Part shown: one piece after another, positions 10,201-18,907 of the stretch
Layout of the letters: each line of letters begins with the position of its first letter
Position numbering within the stretch: position 1 is the first letter of the stretch
NCBI GenBank assembly: GCA_034520945.1
Contig: JAXHNB010000002.1
Span: 160,001-224,000, forward strand
Origin: Trueperaceae bacterium
GTDB taxonomy: Bacteria; Deinococcota; Deinococci; Deinococcales; Trueperaceae
Direction: 5' to 3'
DNA length: 64,000 nucleotides
The notes under the pieces: generated by a model
Seen by the model: only the letters and a program-made list of their open reading frames with translations
Told to the model about the DNA's origin: nothing
Databases searched by the model: none
Translations under genes and position numbers: made by a program

Positions 10201-10542
10201 GACGTGTACGACGGGCTGGACGTGCTGGTGAACAACGCCGGCGTGATGGACGCGTTTCAAGGCGTGGCCAGCGTGGATGACGACACCTGGCAGTGCGTGC
10301 GGCCATGCCTGCGGCGCTCATGAAGGCACGGCGGCGGCTCGATGGACGCGCCGGCAGCCGGTTCGGCCGGCGCCGCCTACACGGCGTCCAAGCACGGCCT
10401 GATCGGCCTCACCCGCAACACCGCCTTCGTGTACGCCAAACGCGGGGTTCGCTGCAACGCCATCGTGGTGGGCGGCGTGCACACGAACATCGCGTCCAGC
10501 ATGGACATGAGCAAGGCCGACGCCGGCTGGACCGCCGCGTAG
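10201..10542 (+). pseudogene. Short-chain dehydrogenase remnant
   Basis: DGLDVLVNNAGVMD then a stop, then AYTASKHGLIGLTRNTA...RCNAI in the same frame; N-terminal Rossmann motif and C-terminus missing. Confidence 0.8.
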
Positions 10543-10592
10543 TCGTCGGCCACGTACGTGCATCGCCGCCCTCTCGTTCTCGGCCGACTCTC

Positions 10593-10804
10593 TCAGGACC
10601 GAGCCGTGATCGTCGAGACGTCGTATGGCATCACGGCTGGGTCGTGCGTCACTACGGTCAACCCCTCCGTGCGAGCTTGGGCGACCAGCATGCGATCGAA
10701 GGGATCGCGATGGTGGTTCGGCAGGTTCCCAACGGCCAACGCATGCTCGCTGGTGACGTCGAGCGGCGTGAAGCGGTAGTGCGCGAGCATCGCGAGGTAG
10801 TCAC
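10593..10804 (-). pseudogene. vapC: VapC/PIN toxin, N-terminal half missing
   Basis: LPNHHRDPFDRMLVAQARTEGLTVVTHD present; the LLDTH N-terminus is absent and the GTG overlapping the antitoxin stop is out of frame. Confidence 0.75.
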
Positions 10805-11049
10805 GCGGCGCGGCCTTCAACGGCGTCCAAGACGTCGTCGGGGAGGGGCGCGTCGAAGTCGTCAGCGATGGCGATGCGTCCCGCCCAATAGCCGTGCGAC
10901 AGATCGCGGGGACGGTCGTCGGCCTGAACCACGCTCAGGCGCACCAGTGGGCGCCCGGCGCGGGCGATGACCACCTCCTCGCCGGCCAGCGCTTGGTCGA
11001 CGAGGCGCGAGAGTTTCGCCTTCGCTTCGGTAATGTTGACGATCCGCAT
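10801..11049 (-). CDS. Phd/YefM family antitoxin
   Basis: VNITEAKAKLSRLV...GEEVVIARAGRPLVRL...IADDFDAPLP; RBS GGAGG. Confidence 0.9.
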   Translation of the reverse strand: MRIVNITEAKAKLSRLVDQALAGEEVVIARAGRPLVRLSVVQADDRPRDLSHGYWAGRIAIADDFDAPLPDDVLDAVEGRAA

Positions 11050-11092
11050 CGCGTGCCTCCCGTGATGGCTGACGATGCGCGCCGCGCACCGT

Positions 11093-11671
11093 TCATGGCG
11101 CAGCTTCGCCCGGGTCGCCGCCGGTCACTTGGGCGAGGGCGTCCTGGTGGACCGCCAGGTCGCGCGCCGTGAAGAGCACGAACCGGACCAACCGCACGTG
11201 CTGCAGGTTGAGCGCGACGTCGGCGATCGTGCCGAGCGCCACGTGCGCGGCGTCCTCGACCGGGTAGCCGAACGCGCCGGTCGAGATGGCCGGAAACGCG
11301 AGCGACGACATCTCCTTCTTCTCGGCCAAGCGCAACGCATTGCGGTAGCCCTCAGCCAGGAGCTCGTCGCTGGGCGTGTCCAGCCCGTATACGGGGCCGA
11401 GCACGTGAATCACGTAGCGATTGGCGAGCCCATGCCCACCGGTCACGACCGCTTGGCCCGGCCGGATGGGGCCCAGCGGCACGGCCTCCGCTTCGAGCCC
11501 GGATCCCGCCGCCCGATGAATCGCGCCGGCCACGCCCCCGCCGATGCGCAGTTGCGCGTTGGCGGCGTTCACCACGGCGTCCACGTCCGGTTGGCGGACG
11601 ATGTCGCCTTGGACGAGTTCGACGTGGACCCGTCCGAACGTCCGGCTGGTGGGTGTTGGTGACTGTGCCAT
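11093..11671 (-). CDS. Macro domain protein (ADP-ribose binding/hydrolase, YmdB-like)
   Basis: QGDI, DAVVNAAN, GGGVAGAIH, VIHVLGP and FPAISTGAFGYP motifs. Confidence 0.9.
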   Translation of the reverse strand: MAQSPTPTSRTFGRVHVELVQGDIVRQPDVDAVVNAANAQLRIGGGVAGAIHRAAGSGLEAEAVPLGPIRPGQAVVTGGHGLANRYVIHVLGPVYGLDTPSDELLAEGYRNALRLAEKKEMSSLAFPAISTGAFGYPVEDAAHVALGTIADVALNLQHVRLVRFVLFTARDLAVHQDALAQVTGGDPGEAAP

Positions 11672-11800
11672 GGGGACCTCCGTCCCTCAGCGTAGCGCCG
11701 AAGCGCGGGTCCCACGCGTCTCCTGCGAGGCCGTCCAAGACCGGAGATGAGCCATGTTGTCGCGTTTGGGACGGCTCCGGGGGTGGGACGAATTTCCCTG

Positions 11801-11828
11801 TTGGCGCGCGGTGTACCCCCGGTAGCGT
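11801..11828 (+). promoter_or_regulatory. Candidate promoter of the exported copper/heme operon
   Basis: TTGGCG-16 nt-TAGCGT about 180 nt upstream of ATG 12007. Confidence 0.35.
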
Positions 11829-12006
11829 TCCTGTGTACGCCTGATGAGGAGCCTTGCATCGGCAGCGCGCTCCGGGCGTTCGGGCCTGCGACCCGTAACG
11901 GTCATCACTGGGTTCGGAAAGGAGGGGTTCTGGAGGACGTCGTGTCGTTTCCAGAAGCAACAACGCACACGCTGTCAATGCAATGCCCACTCGAAGGGAG
12001 TCCGCA

Positions 12007-12513
12007 ATGAACCGATTCGTCAAGACCATGACGGCGCTCGTCGCCGCCACTACGCTCCTCGGCGCCGCCTGGGCCCAAGGCTTGGGGGAAGACCTCACCG
12101 TCCGCATGGGCGAGATGTACTTCCAGATCGAAGGTCAGGAAAAGAACGCGCCGATCGAACTCGAAGCCGGCGTGCCCTACCGCATCACTTTCGTCAACGA
12201 AGGCGACGTGGAGCACCGCGTCAAGTTCGGCCGTAGCGTCGAGGCCGAAGAAGGCGTCCCCTTCGACTACGCCGAGCACCTGTTCGACGGGGTGTTCACG
12301 CGCGCGACCGGCATGGCCGGCAACCGGCAATTCTCGGTCGACACCGGTCAGCTGCTGGAGCTCGACGTGCAGCCCGGTGCCGTGGTGCTGGTCAGCTTCA
12401 CGTTGCCGACCTCCACGCGGGGCGAGTGGGAGATCGGCTGCTTCGTCCCCGCGACGCGTGACACGCCGAACCACTACATCGCCGGCATGCGCGCTCCGCT
12501 CATCATCGAGTGA
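12007..12513 (+). CDS. Exported cupredoxin with type-1 Cu ligand set
   Basis: Sec signal ending AWAQ; NEGDVEH, then GEWEIGC-FVPATRDTPN-H-YIAG-M (His/Cys/His/Met). Confidence 0.8.
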   Translation: MNRFVKTMTALVAATTLLGAAWAQGLGEDLTVRMGEMYFQIEGQEKNAPIELEAGVPYRITFVNEGDVEHRVKFGRSVEAEEGVPFDYAEHLFDGVFTRATGMAGNRQFSVDTGQLLELDVQPGAVVLVSFTLPTSTRGEWEIGCFVPATRDTPNHYIAGMRAPLIIE

Positions 12514-12545
12514 CGTCGCATACCACAAAACGAACGGGAGAATTC

Positions 12546-13904
12546 ATGATGAAGGTACGCATTTTCATTCTCAGCCTGAGCATCGCCGCCTTGGCAATGT
12601 TCGGCGCCGCTACGGCGCAGGACGACGGCGACTGGGCCACCGAGTGGTCCGACATGGTCAACGTGCACCTGTTGGCCGACCTCGATTCCTCCGGTCCGCC
12701 CGCGTGGGATCCCGAAGAGCACCCGGACGTGTTCATCACCACCGAGGGCATGGGCTACTCCGGCCTGATGGGCTCGCCCAACTCGCCCGGCCTGGCGATC
12801 ATCGACGCCAACACCTACGAGCCCGTCGCGTCGCAGAGCTACGAGCTGGAAGGCGCCGACGAGTACTTCGAGCCGCACGGCCTGGGCGTCTCGTCCGACG
12901 GCCGCTGGATCTACCTGCCGACCGGCACCAGCCCCGGCTTCGGTGCCGTGGGGACCGGCCGCTTGCTCATCATCGACGCCTACACGCTCAAGATCGACAA
13001 GATCCTCTCCACGCCTACCAACCCCCACCACGCCAAGAGCTTCACCCACGCCGATGGGCGCGAGCTGGTGTTGGCCTACACCTTCCGTGAGGGTGGGTTC
13101 TACATCCTCGACCCCAACGACGACAACCGCATGGTCGGGAGCGTCCCCAACCGCGAGCTGCAGGGCAACGGCTATCTCGCCTTCACCACCCCCGACGGGG
13201 AGTACCTGCTGATCAGCACGCGTCCCCCCTCCGGCGTGGACGCCCACGGGTTCGTGTCGGTCATCGACACCGAAACCTGGGAGCTGGTCCGCAACATCGA
13301 GGTGCTGGACTCCGATCCCATCTGGATCGCCATCACCGCCGACGGAAACGAAGCGCTCGTGACGGGCGGGCACGACAGCAACCTGACGCGCCTGTCGCTC
13401 GAAGGGGACGTCTCCGACTGGCACGTCGACGGCGCCGCCAACGCGGCCGCGCTCGGGCCCTACGGCGTGCACTACAACTGGGACGAGGACCGCGCGTTCG
13501 TGGTCAGCAAGGGCGAAGCCACCCACAACCGCGGCATCACCCTCGGCGAGGTGAACCCCGTCATCATGCAGCCTCCGCCCCTGCACTCCTGGGCGCCGGG
13601 TCCCGTCGCCACGCACCACACCGCTTGCATCCGTGGCGACCACGGTACCGTGCACCCGGACATCGACCGGGACGAGCTGTGGATCACCTGCAACGGTAGC
13701 TTCGAGATCGTCGTGTTCGACATGTTCGCCAAGGAGGTCAAGGAGCGCATCCCCATGCCGAACGGGGGCAGCACGCACTCCGGCGCCTTCGTTCACTACG
13801 AGGCCGACCCGATGGCGTCGACCGAAGGCACCGTCCTGTCGGACCAGAACGGCATGCACGGTCCCGCACTGCAGACCAAGCGGGAGATCCTCGGTCTCGA
13901 ATAG
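12546..13904 (+). CDS. Exported YVTN/YncE-like beta-propeller protein, His-rich, function unknown
   Basis: Signal ending ATAQ; repeated blades EPHGLGVSSDGRWIY, YLAFTTPDGEYLL, VSVIDTETWELVRNI, PIWIAITADG and GPYGVHY. Confidence 0.75.
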   Translation: MMKVRIFILSLSIAALAMFGAATAQDDGDWATEWSDMVNVHLLADLDSSGPPAWDPEEHPDVFITTEGMGYSGLMGSPNSPGLAIIDANTYEPVASQSYELEGADEYFEPHGLGVSSDGRWIYLPTGTSPGFGAVGTGRLLIIDAYTLKIDKILSTPTNPHHAKSFTHADGRELVLAYTFREGGFYILDPNDDNRMVGSVPNRELQGNGYLAFTTPDGEYLLISTRPPSGVDAHGFVSVIDTETWELVRNIEVLDSDPIWIAITADGNEALVTGGHDSNLTRLSLEGDVSDWHVDGAANAAALGPYGVHYNWDEDRAFVVSKGEATHNRGITLGEVNPVIMQPPPLHSWAPGPVATHHTACIRGDHGTVHPDIDRDELWITCNGSFEIVVFDMFAKEVKERIPMPNGGSTHSGAFVHYEADPMASTEGTVLSDQNGMHGPALQTKREILGLE

Positions 13905-13919
13905 ACCGGCGGAACGCTC

Positions 13920-13945
13920 GGTGGGGAGGCGCGCGCCTCCCCACC
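13920..13945. repeat. Perfect 26-bp intercistronic palindrome/stem-loop
   Basis: GGTGGGGAGGCGC|GCGCCTCCCCACC; no U-tract. Confidence 0.8.
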
Positions 13946-13968
13946 CCCTTCGGAGGGAGTCCAGCACC

Positions 13969-14571
13969 ATGACCACGAGTTCCTATGTTCGTGTCGCGAT
14001 TCTTGCCCTCTTGATGCCGTTCGCGTTCCTTGCGTCGGCGCAGGAGGAGGCGCCCGACCCGGAGTTGGTCAAGCGCGGGCAAGATCTTTACTACAACGTG
14101 GCCGGAACGGGCTGCGTCACCTGTCACGGCGTCGCGGGCCTCGGCGACATCGGCATCGGCCCGAACATCCGCGGCGTGCCGGTGGTCCGCATCGAGGGCG
14201 CTCTGGATGCTGCCGAGGAGATGGCGTTCCTGCATCCGGTGCTCAGCGAGGACGACCTGGTGGCGCTGGAGGCCTACCTGGCGTACGTCGAAACCCTCGT
14301 TCCCGCCACGACCACCGTACGCGGTGGTGCGTTCCAACCCGACGAGGTCAGGTTGCCTGCCGGCCAGCAGGTGCAGTTGATCGTCGACAACGGAAACCGC
14401 TCACCCTGCACCTTGGTCGTCGACGGTGTCGACGTGCAGGCCACCATCGACGGGCGCAGCACCGGCGACGTGTCGTGGACCACCGGCAGTGCCGGTACGC
14501 AGACCGTGGCCTATTGCCAGGACGAGCCCGACGTCCAACTCACGGTTCGCATCGTCGAACCCGAGGAGTGA
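13969..14571 (+). CDS. Exported monoheme cytochrome c fused to a cupredoxin-like domain
   Basis: Signal ending ASAQ; RGQDLY...CVTCHG...IGPNIRG...EM; C-terminal FQPDEVRLPAGQQVQLIVDN. Confidence 0.85.
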   Translation: MTTSSYVRVAILALLMPFAFLASAQEEAPDPELVKRGQDLYYNVAGTGCVTCHGVAGLGDIGIGPNIRGVPVVRIEGALDAAEEMAFLHPVLSEDDLVALEAYLAYVETLVPATTTVRGGAFQPDEVRLPAGQQVQLIVDNGNRSPCTLVVDGVDVQATIDGRSTGDVSWTTGSAGTQTVAYCQDEPDVQLTVRIVEPEE

Positions 14572-14575
14572 GACC

Positions 14576-15586
14576 ATGACGAGCCTGACGCGACGACTGG
14601 CGGGCCTCCTGATCGTGGTCGCCCTGGTGATGGGCGCTGCGATCGCACAGGACGACCATTCGGACGACGGTGAGGCGGAAGCCCTCACCATGAACGAGGC
14701 CATGCAGATGCTCACGCGCAGCGGAAGGGTGCCGCTGGCCGACGAGCACGACCACGACCAGATTCACGTCGACGTGCTGTACGCGCACCCGATCGTGTAC
14801 CGCTCGGGCGGCAACGAAGTGCCCGAGGCGGTGTACGAGGGCGACGAAGTGATCGTGTTCGTCACCGAGAACATCCACGCCGGCGAGTTCAGCTGGGATC
14901 CGGTCAAATTCGACCTGTACGTCGACGGGCGCGGCCCCATCGCGCCGGTGCGGTCCGAACAGGTGTCGCCCGACCCGCACCACCGCGCCACGCGGCACCA
15001 TTACCGCCTGGAGGAGGGCGAGGGCCCGCTATTGCGCAGCGACAGCTCGCGCTTGGAGCTGCGGCCCCAGGCCGGCAGCAGCAAGGCCGAGTTCGCGTGG
15101 GATCTCCCGCTCGAACTGGGCGAGGTGCGCTTCCACGGCCTCGAACCCACCGATGAGCCCCTCGACCTGAGCGACGCGCCGGTGTTGCGCGTCGAAGCGA
15201 CCGAAGACACCTACGTGCACTCGGGCCTCGTGGTGCCGGTGGGCGAGCCCGTCGTGGTCTTGTTCCGCAACGACACCGACGACGAACACCATTTCCACGT
15301 CCTGGACCTCGCCATCGACGGCACCATGCGCTGGCTCCAGACCGCGGGCGAGGCCGACCTGTTCACCGACGCCGAGCTGCGCCAGGCCACCCAGCTGCCC
15401 GACCACATCTGCGACAGCGACAGCGGCATCTGCCCCACGGGGCAGAGCGTGCACCTGCACGCCAACCCCCACGGGTCCGATGCGATCGCCTTCGTGCCGA
15501 AGGAGGTCGGCACCTTCGAGGTGGTGGACCCGCTGTTCCCGGAGCGGAGCGCGGAGTTCGAGGTCGTCGCCGGGGACGCTGGCTGA
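14576..15586 (+). CDS. Exported His-rich two-domain protein with cupredoxin-like C-terminus (putative metal chaperone)
   Basis: Signal ending AIAQ; DEHDHD, ENIH, DPHH, NDTDDEHHFH, HICDSDSGICP, HLHANPH, FVPKEVGTFEV. Confidence 0.65.
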   Translation: MTSLTRRLAGLLIVVALVMGAAIAQDDHSDDGEAEALTMNEAMQMLTRSGRVPLADEHDHDQIHVDVLYAHPIVYRSGGNEVPEAVYEGDEVIVFVTENIHAGEFSWDPVKFDLYVDGRGPIAPVRSEQVSPDPHHRATRHHYRLEEGEGPLLRSDSSRLELRPQAGSSKAEFAWDLPLELGEVRFHGLEPTDEPLDLSDAPVLRVEATEDTYVHSGLVVPVGEPVVVLFRNDTDDEHHFHVLDLAIDGTMRWLQTAGEADLFTDAELRQATQLPDHICDSDSGICPTGQSVHLHANPHGSDAIAFVPKEVGTFEVVDPLFPERSAEFEVVAGDAG

Positions 15587-15633
15587 CGCAACGCACGATG
15601 GCGCCCCTGCTCGCACCAGCGCGAGCGATCCAA

Positions 15634-15670
15634 AGCGACCTGCGTAGGGACGGTTTCTGCGCAGGTCGCT
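15634..15670. terminator. Hairpin between convergent genes
   Basis: Perfect 11-bp arms AGCGACCTGCG / CGCAGGTCGCT. Confidence 0.55.
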
Positions 15671-16376
15671 ATCGTTCGTCGTCGAGCGATTCGAGGTCGG
15701 ATGCTCGGGGTGCGGTCGAGCGCCATTGTGCGAAGGGGACGCCCACGGTGTCCCGACTCACCATCACGGCCGGGCGAGTGTCGAGGCTGGCCAGCCACGA
15801 CCCGAGACGGGGCAGGTCGGTGTCGGGCAGCCCGAAGCGCCGGTAGCCGGACAGCCACGCGTACACGCAAACGTCGGCGGCGGAGGGTCCAGGAAGGTCA
15901 GGGGCTGCCACGATCCATCGGCCGCCGGACCGCTCGAGCGCCTCTTCGACGGCATGTAGATGCCGGCGCCCCTCCGCGAGCAGGGTCTCCGCGCGGACGT
16001 GATCGATGCCCGCCTCAGGCGGCTCGATCAACTGCCAGTACAGGTGATGGCTGACGTCCCGAAGGGGACCGCTGGACCAGTCGATCCACGTCAGGACGTC
16101 ACGGCGGGCGCGTTCGTCGGCGGGAAATGAGCGTGGTTCGGGATGGGCCACCTCGAGGTGCAGCAGAATGTCCAGCGAGTCCAGGTGGGCGCCGTCCTCA
16201 TCGAAGTAGGCAGGGACCTTTCCTCGGGGATTCAGTGCGAGGTAGGCGGCCGTCTTTTGCTCCCGGGTCCTCAGGTCGATCTCGACACGGTCGAACCGCA
16301 CGCCCTTTTCGTGCAGGGCGATGGATACCTTGAAGCAGTGCGGGCTCCGGCGCGAGCTGAACAGCGTGGGGCGCAT
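15669..16376 (-). CDS. Glutathione S-transferase family protein
   Basis: SPHCFKV...LHEKG, LNPRGKVP, DSLDIL and SAADV motifs; start uncertain. Confidence 0.85.
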   Translation of the reverse strand: MRPTLFSSRRSPHCFKVSIALHEKGVRFDRVEIDLRTREQKTAAYLALNPRGKVPAYFDEDGAHLDSLDILLHLEVAHPEPRSFPADERARRDVLTWIDWSSGPLRDVSHHLYWQLIEPPEAGIDHVRAETLLAEGRRHLHAVEEALERSGGRWIVAAPDLPGPSAADVCVYAWLSGYRRFGLPDTDLPRLGSWLASLDTRPAVMVSRDTVGVPFAQWRSTAPRASDLESLDDER

Positions 16377-16387
16377 CGGGTACGGCA

Positions 16388-17173
16388 TCATGCAGGCGCG
16401 ACTGCGCGCCACACGCGCAACCAGTTGGCGTACGCGAGGTCGCGTAGGGCGGGTTCTTCATGGCCGGCCTTGCGGAGCACGTCGAGGACCTTGGGTAGAC
16501 CACGGGCGTCGCCGATGGCGTCGAGCACGTCCCAGAAGCCCGCTTCGGTGAGGTGCGAGACGTCGAGCAGCACGCCCAGGCGCTCGCAGGCCGCTACCAG
16601 TTCCCGGCCCAGGTCCGTCAGGCCGGGACCAAGGTCGGGCGTGGACGGAAAGGCGAGGGGGACGCCATGGGCGAACGCGTTCGGTCGGCTCCAGGCGAGC
16701 CCCAGCGAACGCACGCCGCGGTCGTACAGGGCGGCGAGTGTTTCGAGGTCTGGATCGATGGCGTCGGCCCCTTCCACGTGGAGGGCGGCCGCCAGCACGT
16801 CGTCGCGGAGGCACGATTCTGCCTCGTCCGGATGCGTCACCACGCGAACGCTGCCGCCCGACGTGGCGGCGAACTCGTGCAGCCAATCGGCCATCGCGTA
16901 CACGTGCCGGCGCGCGACGGCGGGATCCAGGGCGGGCGGGAGTGGAAGCTGGTAGCGGCCCGTATCGTCCGTGTGCGCGGCGAAATCGTTGGGGGCAACC
17001 TGCGAGGGGACGAAGGCCGAGAAAAACCCGCCGGCCATGCCCCCTTCGCGCATGCGGGGGAGATCGAGGTGCCCCTCGTCGCCCTTCGCGAGCACGTCTC
17101 GCTGCCCGCTGCGTTCCGGCCAGCGAACGACGGTCAGCAGGTCGTTGTGGCCATCGAAGACAGGAATCGTCAT
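16388..17173 (-). pseudogene. Membrane dipeptidase (M19) with internal in-frame deletion
   Basis: DGHND, HVEGAD, GLTDLG and DVSHL present; THSN/RN and GSDFDG segments missing between FWDV and AIGDA. Confidence 0.75.
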
Positions 17174-17237
17174 GTCGGCTTCGTGGCGCGGGGGCGGCCG
17201 GAGGCGAACCCAGGGCGGGCGCCCCCGGCCGCCGCCT

Positions 17238-18764
17238 TCACTCGGCCCGCGAGATGGTGCGGACCTCGATCTTTTGATCGGGCCGCGGCTGCCAGTCGAG
17301 ATCGCTCCGGACGCCGTACAGGTCGACCTGCTGGAACAGGATCAGCCAGGGAAGCTCGTCGTGAATGATCTCCTGCGCTTCGCCGTACAGCTCGGCGCGT
17401 CGCTCGTCGTTCATGGTGGTTCGCGCCTCCGACACCAGGCGCGTCACCTCTTCGTTCTCGTAGTTGTTCTTGGTGGGCGTGCGGGCGAAGCCGCCCCACA
17501 GGATGTCGTCGGCATCGAAGGTGCTGGTGCCCCACCCCATGTAGTGCGCCGCGGCCAACTCGTCGCCGGCCCGGTACTTGGTGAGCTGCACACTCCAATC
17601 GTTGAGGTTGAGGTCCACGTCGATCCCCACGTCGGACCACTGCCCCACGAGCGCTTCCGCGACCTCCTGGTCCTGTGCGTAGCGCCCCACGGGTGCGTCC
17701 ATCTCGAAGCTGATGCCGTCGGGGTAGCCCGCTTCTGCCAGAAGTTCACGGGCGCGCTCGGGATCGTGTGGATAGGGCTCGAGGTCCTCGTTCAGTCCGA
17801 ATGTGCCGTGCGCCAGGGGGGTGCCGATCTTGACGGCGTTTCCGTCGAAGAGGAACTCGATGATCTCGTCGACGTTGGTGGCGTACTGGATGGCCTTCCG
17901 CACGCGCACGTCCGACAGCGCCTCGTTCTTGGTGCCGTCCAGCGCCACGTACTGGATGTAGGTACTGGGTACGTCGCGGACGTCGAGCGCCGGGTCGTTG
18001 TCGACCGCGTCGGTGCGGTTGGCGGGCACGTTGGTGATCAGGTCGACGTCGCCCGCCTGCAGGGCCGCCACGCGGGTGGAGAGCTCGGGGATGGGGCGGA
18101 ACGCGACCTCCTGCGCCTCCGGCGCACCGCGCCAGTGATCCTCGAAGGCGCGGAGCTCCAGCCGGTCGTCCTTGACCCACTCGACCACGCGGTAGGCGCC
18201 GGTCCCGACGGGCTCTTCCGAAAGGGTGGCCTGGTCGGTGGATTCCACGTAGTCCTTGGAGACGACGAACCACTCGCTCAACCGCGCGGGCAGGAGCGGG
18301 TAGGGATCGTGCGTGTGAATCCGTACCGACAACGGCCCGGTCACTTCCACGTCCTCGATGACGGCGAAGCGGCTGGCCAACGGTGAGCCGAGCGACTCGT
18401 CCAGCGGGCGCTCCAGGGTGAACTCGACGTCTTCGGCCTCGAGCGTGCTGCCGTCATGAAAGCTCACGCCTTCGCGCAGCTGCAGCTCCCAGGTGGTGTC
18501 GTCGACGGTCCGCCATTCCGTGGCGAGGCCCGGCACCAGTTCGAGGTCGGCGTTGCGGTAGATGAGCGTGTCGAACACGTTGCTCAGCAGGCTGGTGCTG
18601 AAGGCGTCGTTCTGCATCTGCGGGTCCAACGAGGCGACGTCGGTGCCTTGCGCCACCATTAGCCGGTCGAGGGACTGCGCCAAGGCGGGGCCAGCCAGCA
18701 GGACGAGAAGGGCCGCGAGAAGGGCCGGGAGGGACGGACGGGCCGAGCTTCGAAAACGATGCAT
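17238..18764 (-). CDS. Peptide/nickel ABC substrate-binding protein (SBP family 5)
   Basis: Signal ending ALAQ; SLDP, LREGVSFHDG, PVGTGAY, DVRVRKAI motifs; RBS GAAAGGA. Confidence 0.92.
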   Translation of the reverse strand: MHRFRSSARPSLPALLAALLVLLAGPALAQSLDRLMVAQGTDVASLDPQMQNDAFSTSLLSNVFDTLIYRNADLELVPGLATEWRTVDDTTWELQLREGVSFHDGSTLEAEDVEFTLERPLDESLGSPLASRFAVIEDVEVTGPLSVRIHTHDPYPLLPARLSEWFVVSKDYVESTDQATLSEEPVGTGAYRVVEWVKDDRLELRAFEDHWRGAPEAQEVAFRPIPELSTRVAALQAGDVDLITNVPANRTDAVDNDPALDVRDVPSTYIQYVALDGTKNEALSDVRVRKAIQYATNVDEIIEFLFDGNAVKIGTPLAHGTFGLNEDLEPYPHDPERARELLAEAGYPDGISFEMDAPVGRYAQDQEVAEALVGQWSDVGIDVDLNLNDWSVQLTKYRAGDELAAAHYMGWGTSTFDADDILWGGFARTPTKNNYENEEVTRLVSEARTTMNDERRAELYGEAQEIIHDELPWLILFQQVDLYGVRSDLDWQPRPDQKIEVRTISRAE

Positions 18765-18907
18765 GGCGTTCCTTTCCGTGCAGGGACCTGGGACTTTGAC
18801 GAAGAGACGGACAGTATGGAGTTGAACAGAAACGGGTGAGACACTCTGTCAGGAATCGAACCCGGCCGCATCCATCCCATGATGCAACGGGCGGCCGAGG
18901 GGCACGT

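Noticed and set aside
11841..11880. Hammerhead ribozyme (CUGAUGA followed by a GGAGC/GCUCC stem)
   Set aside because: The stem is followed by GGGC, not the required GAAA core
12546..13904. Calling the propeller nosZ or nirS
   Set aside because: No CuA domain, no CxxCH, different His pattern and no maturation genes nearby
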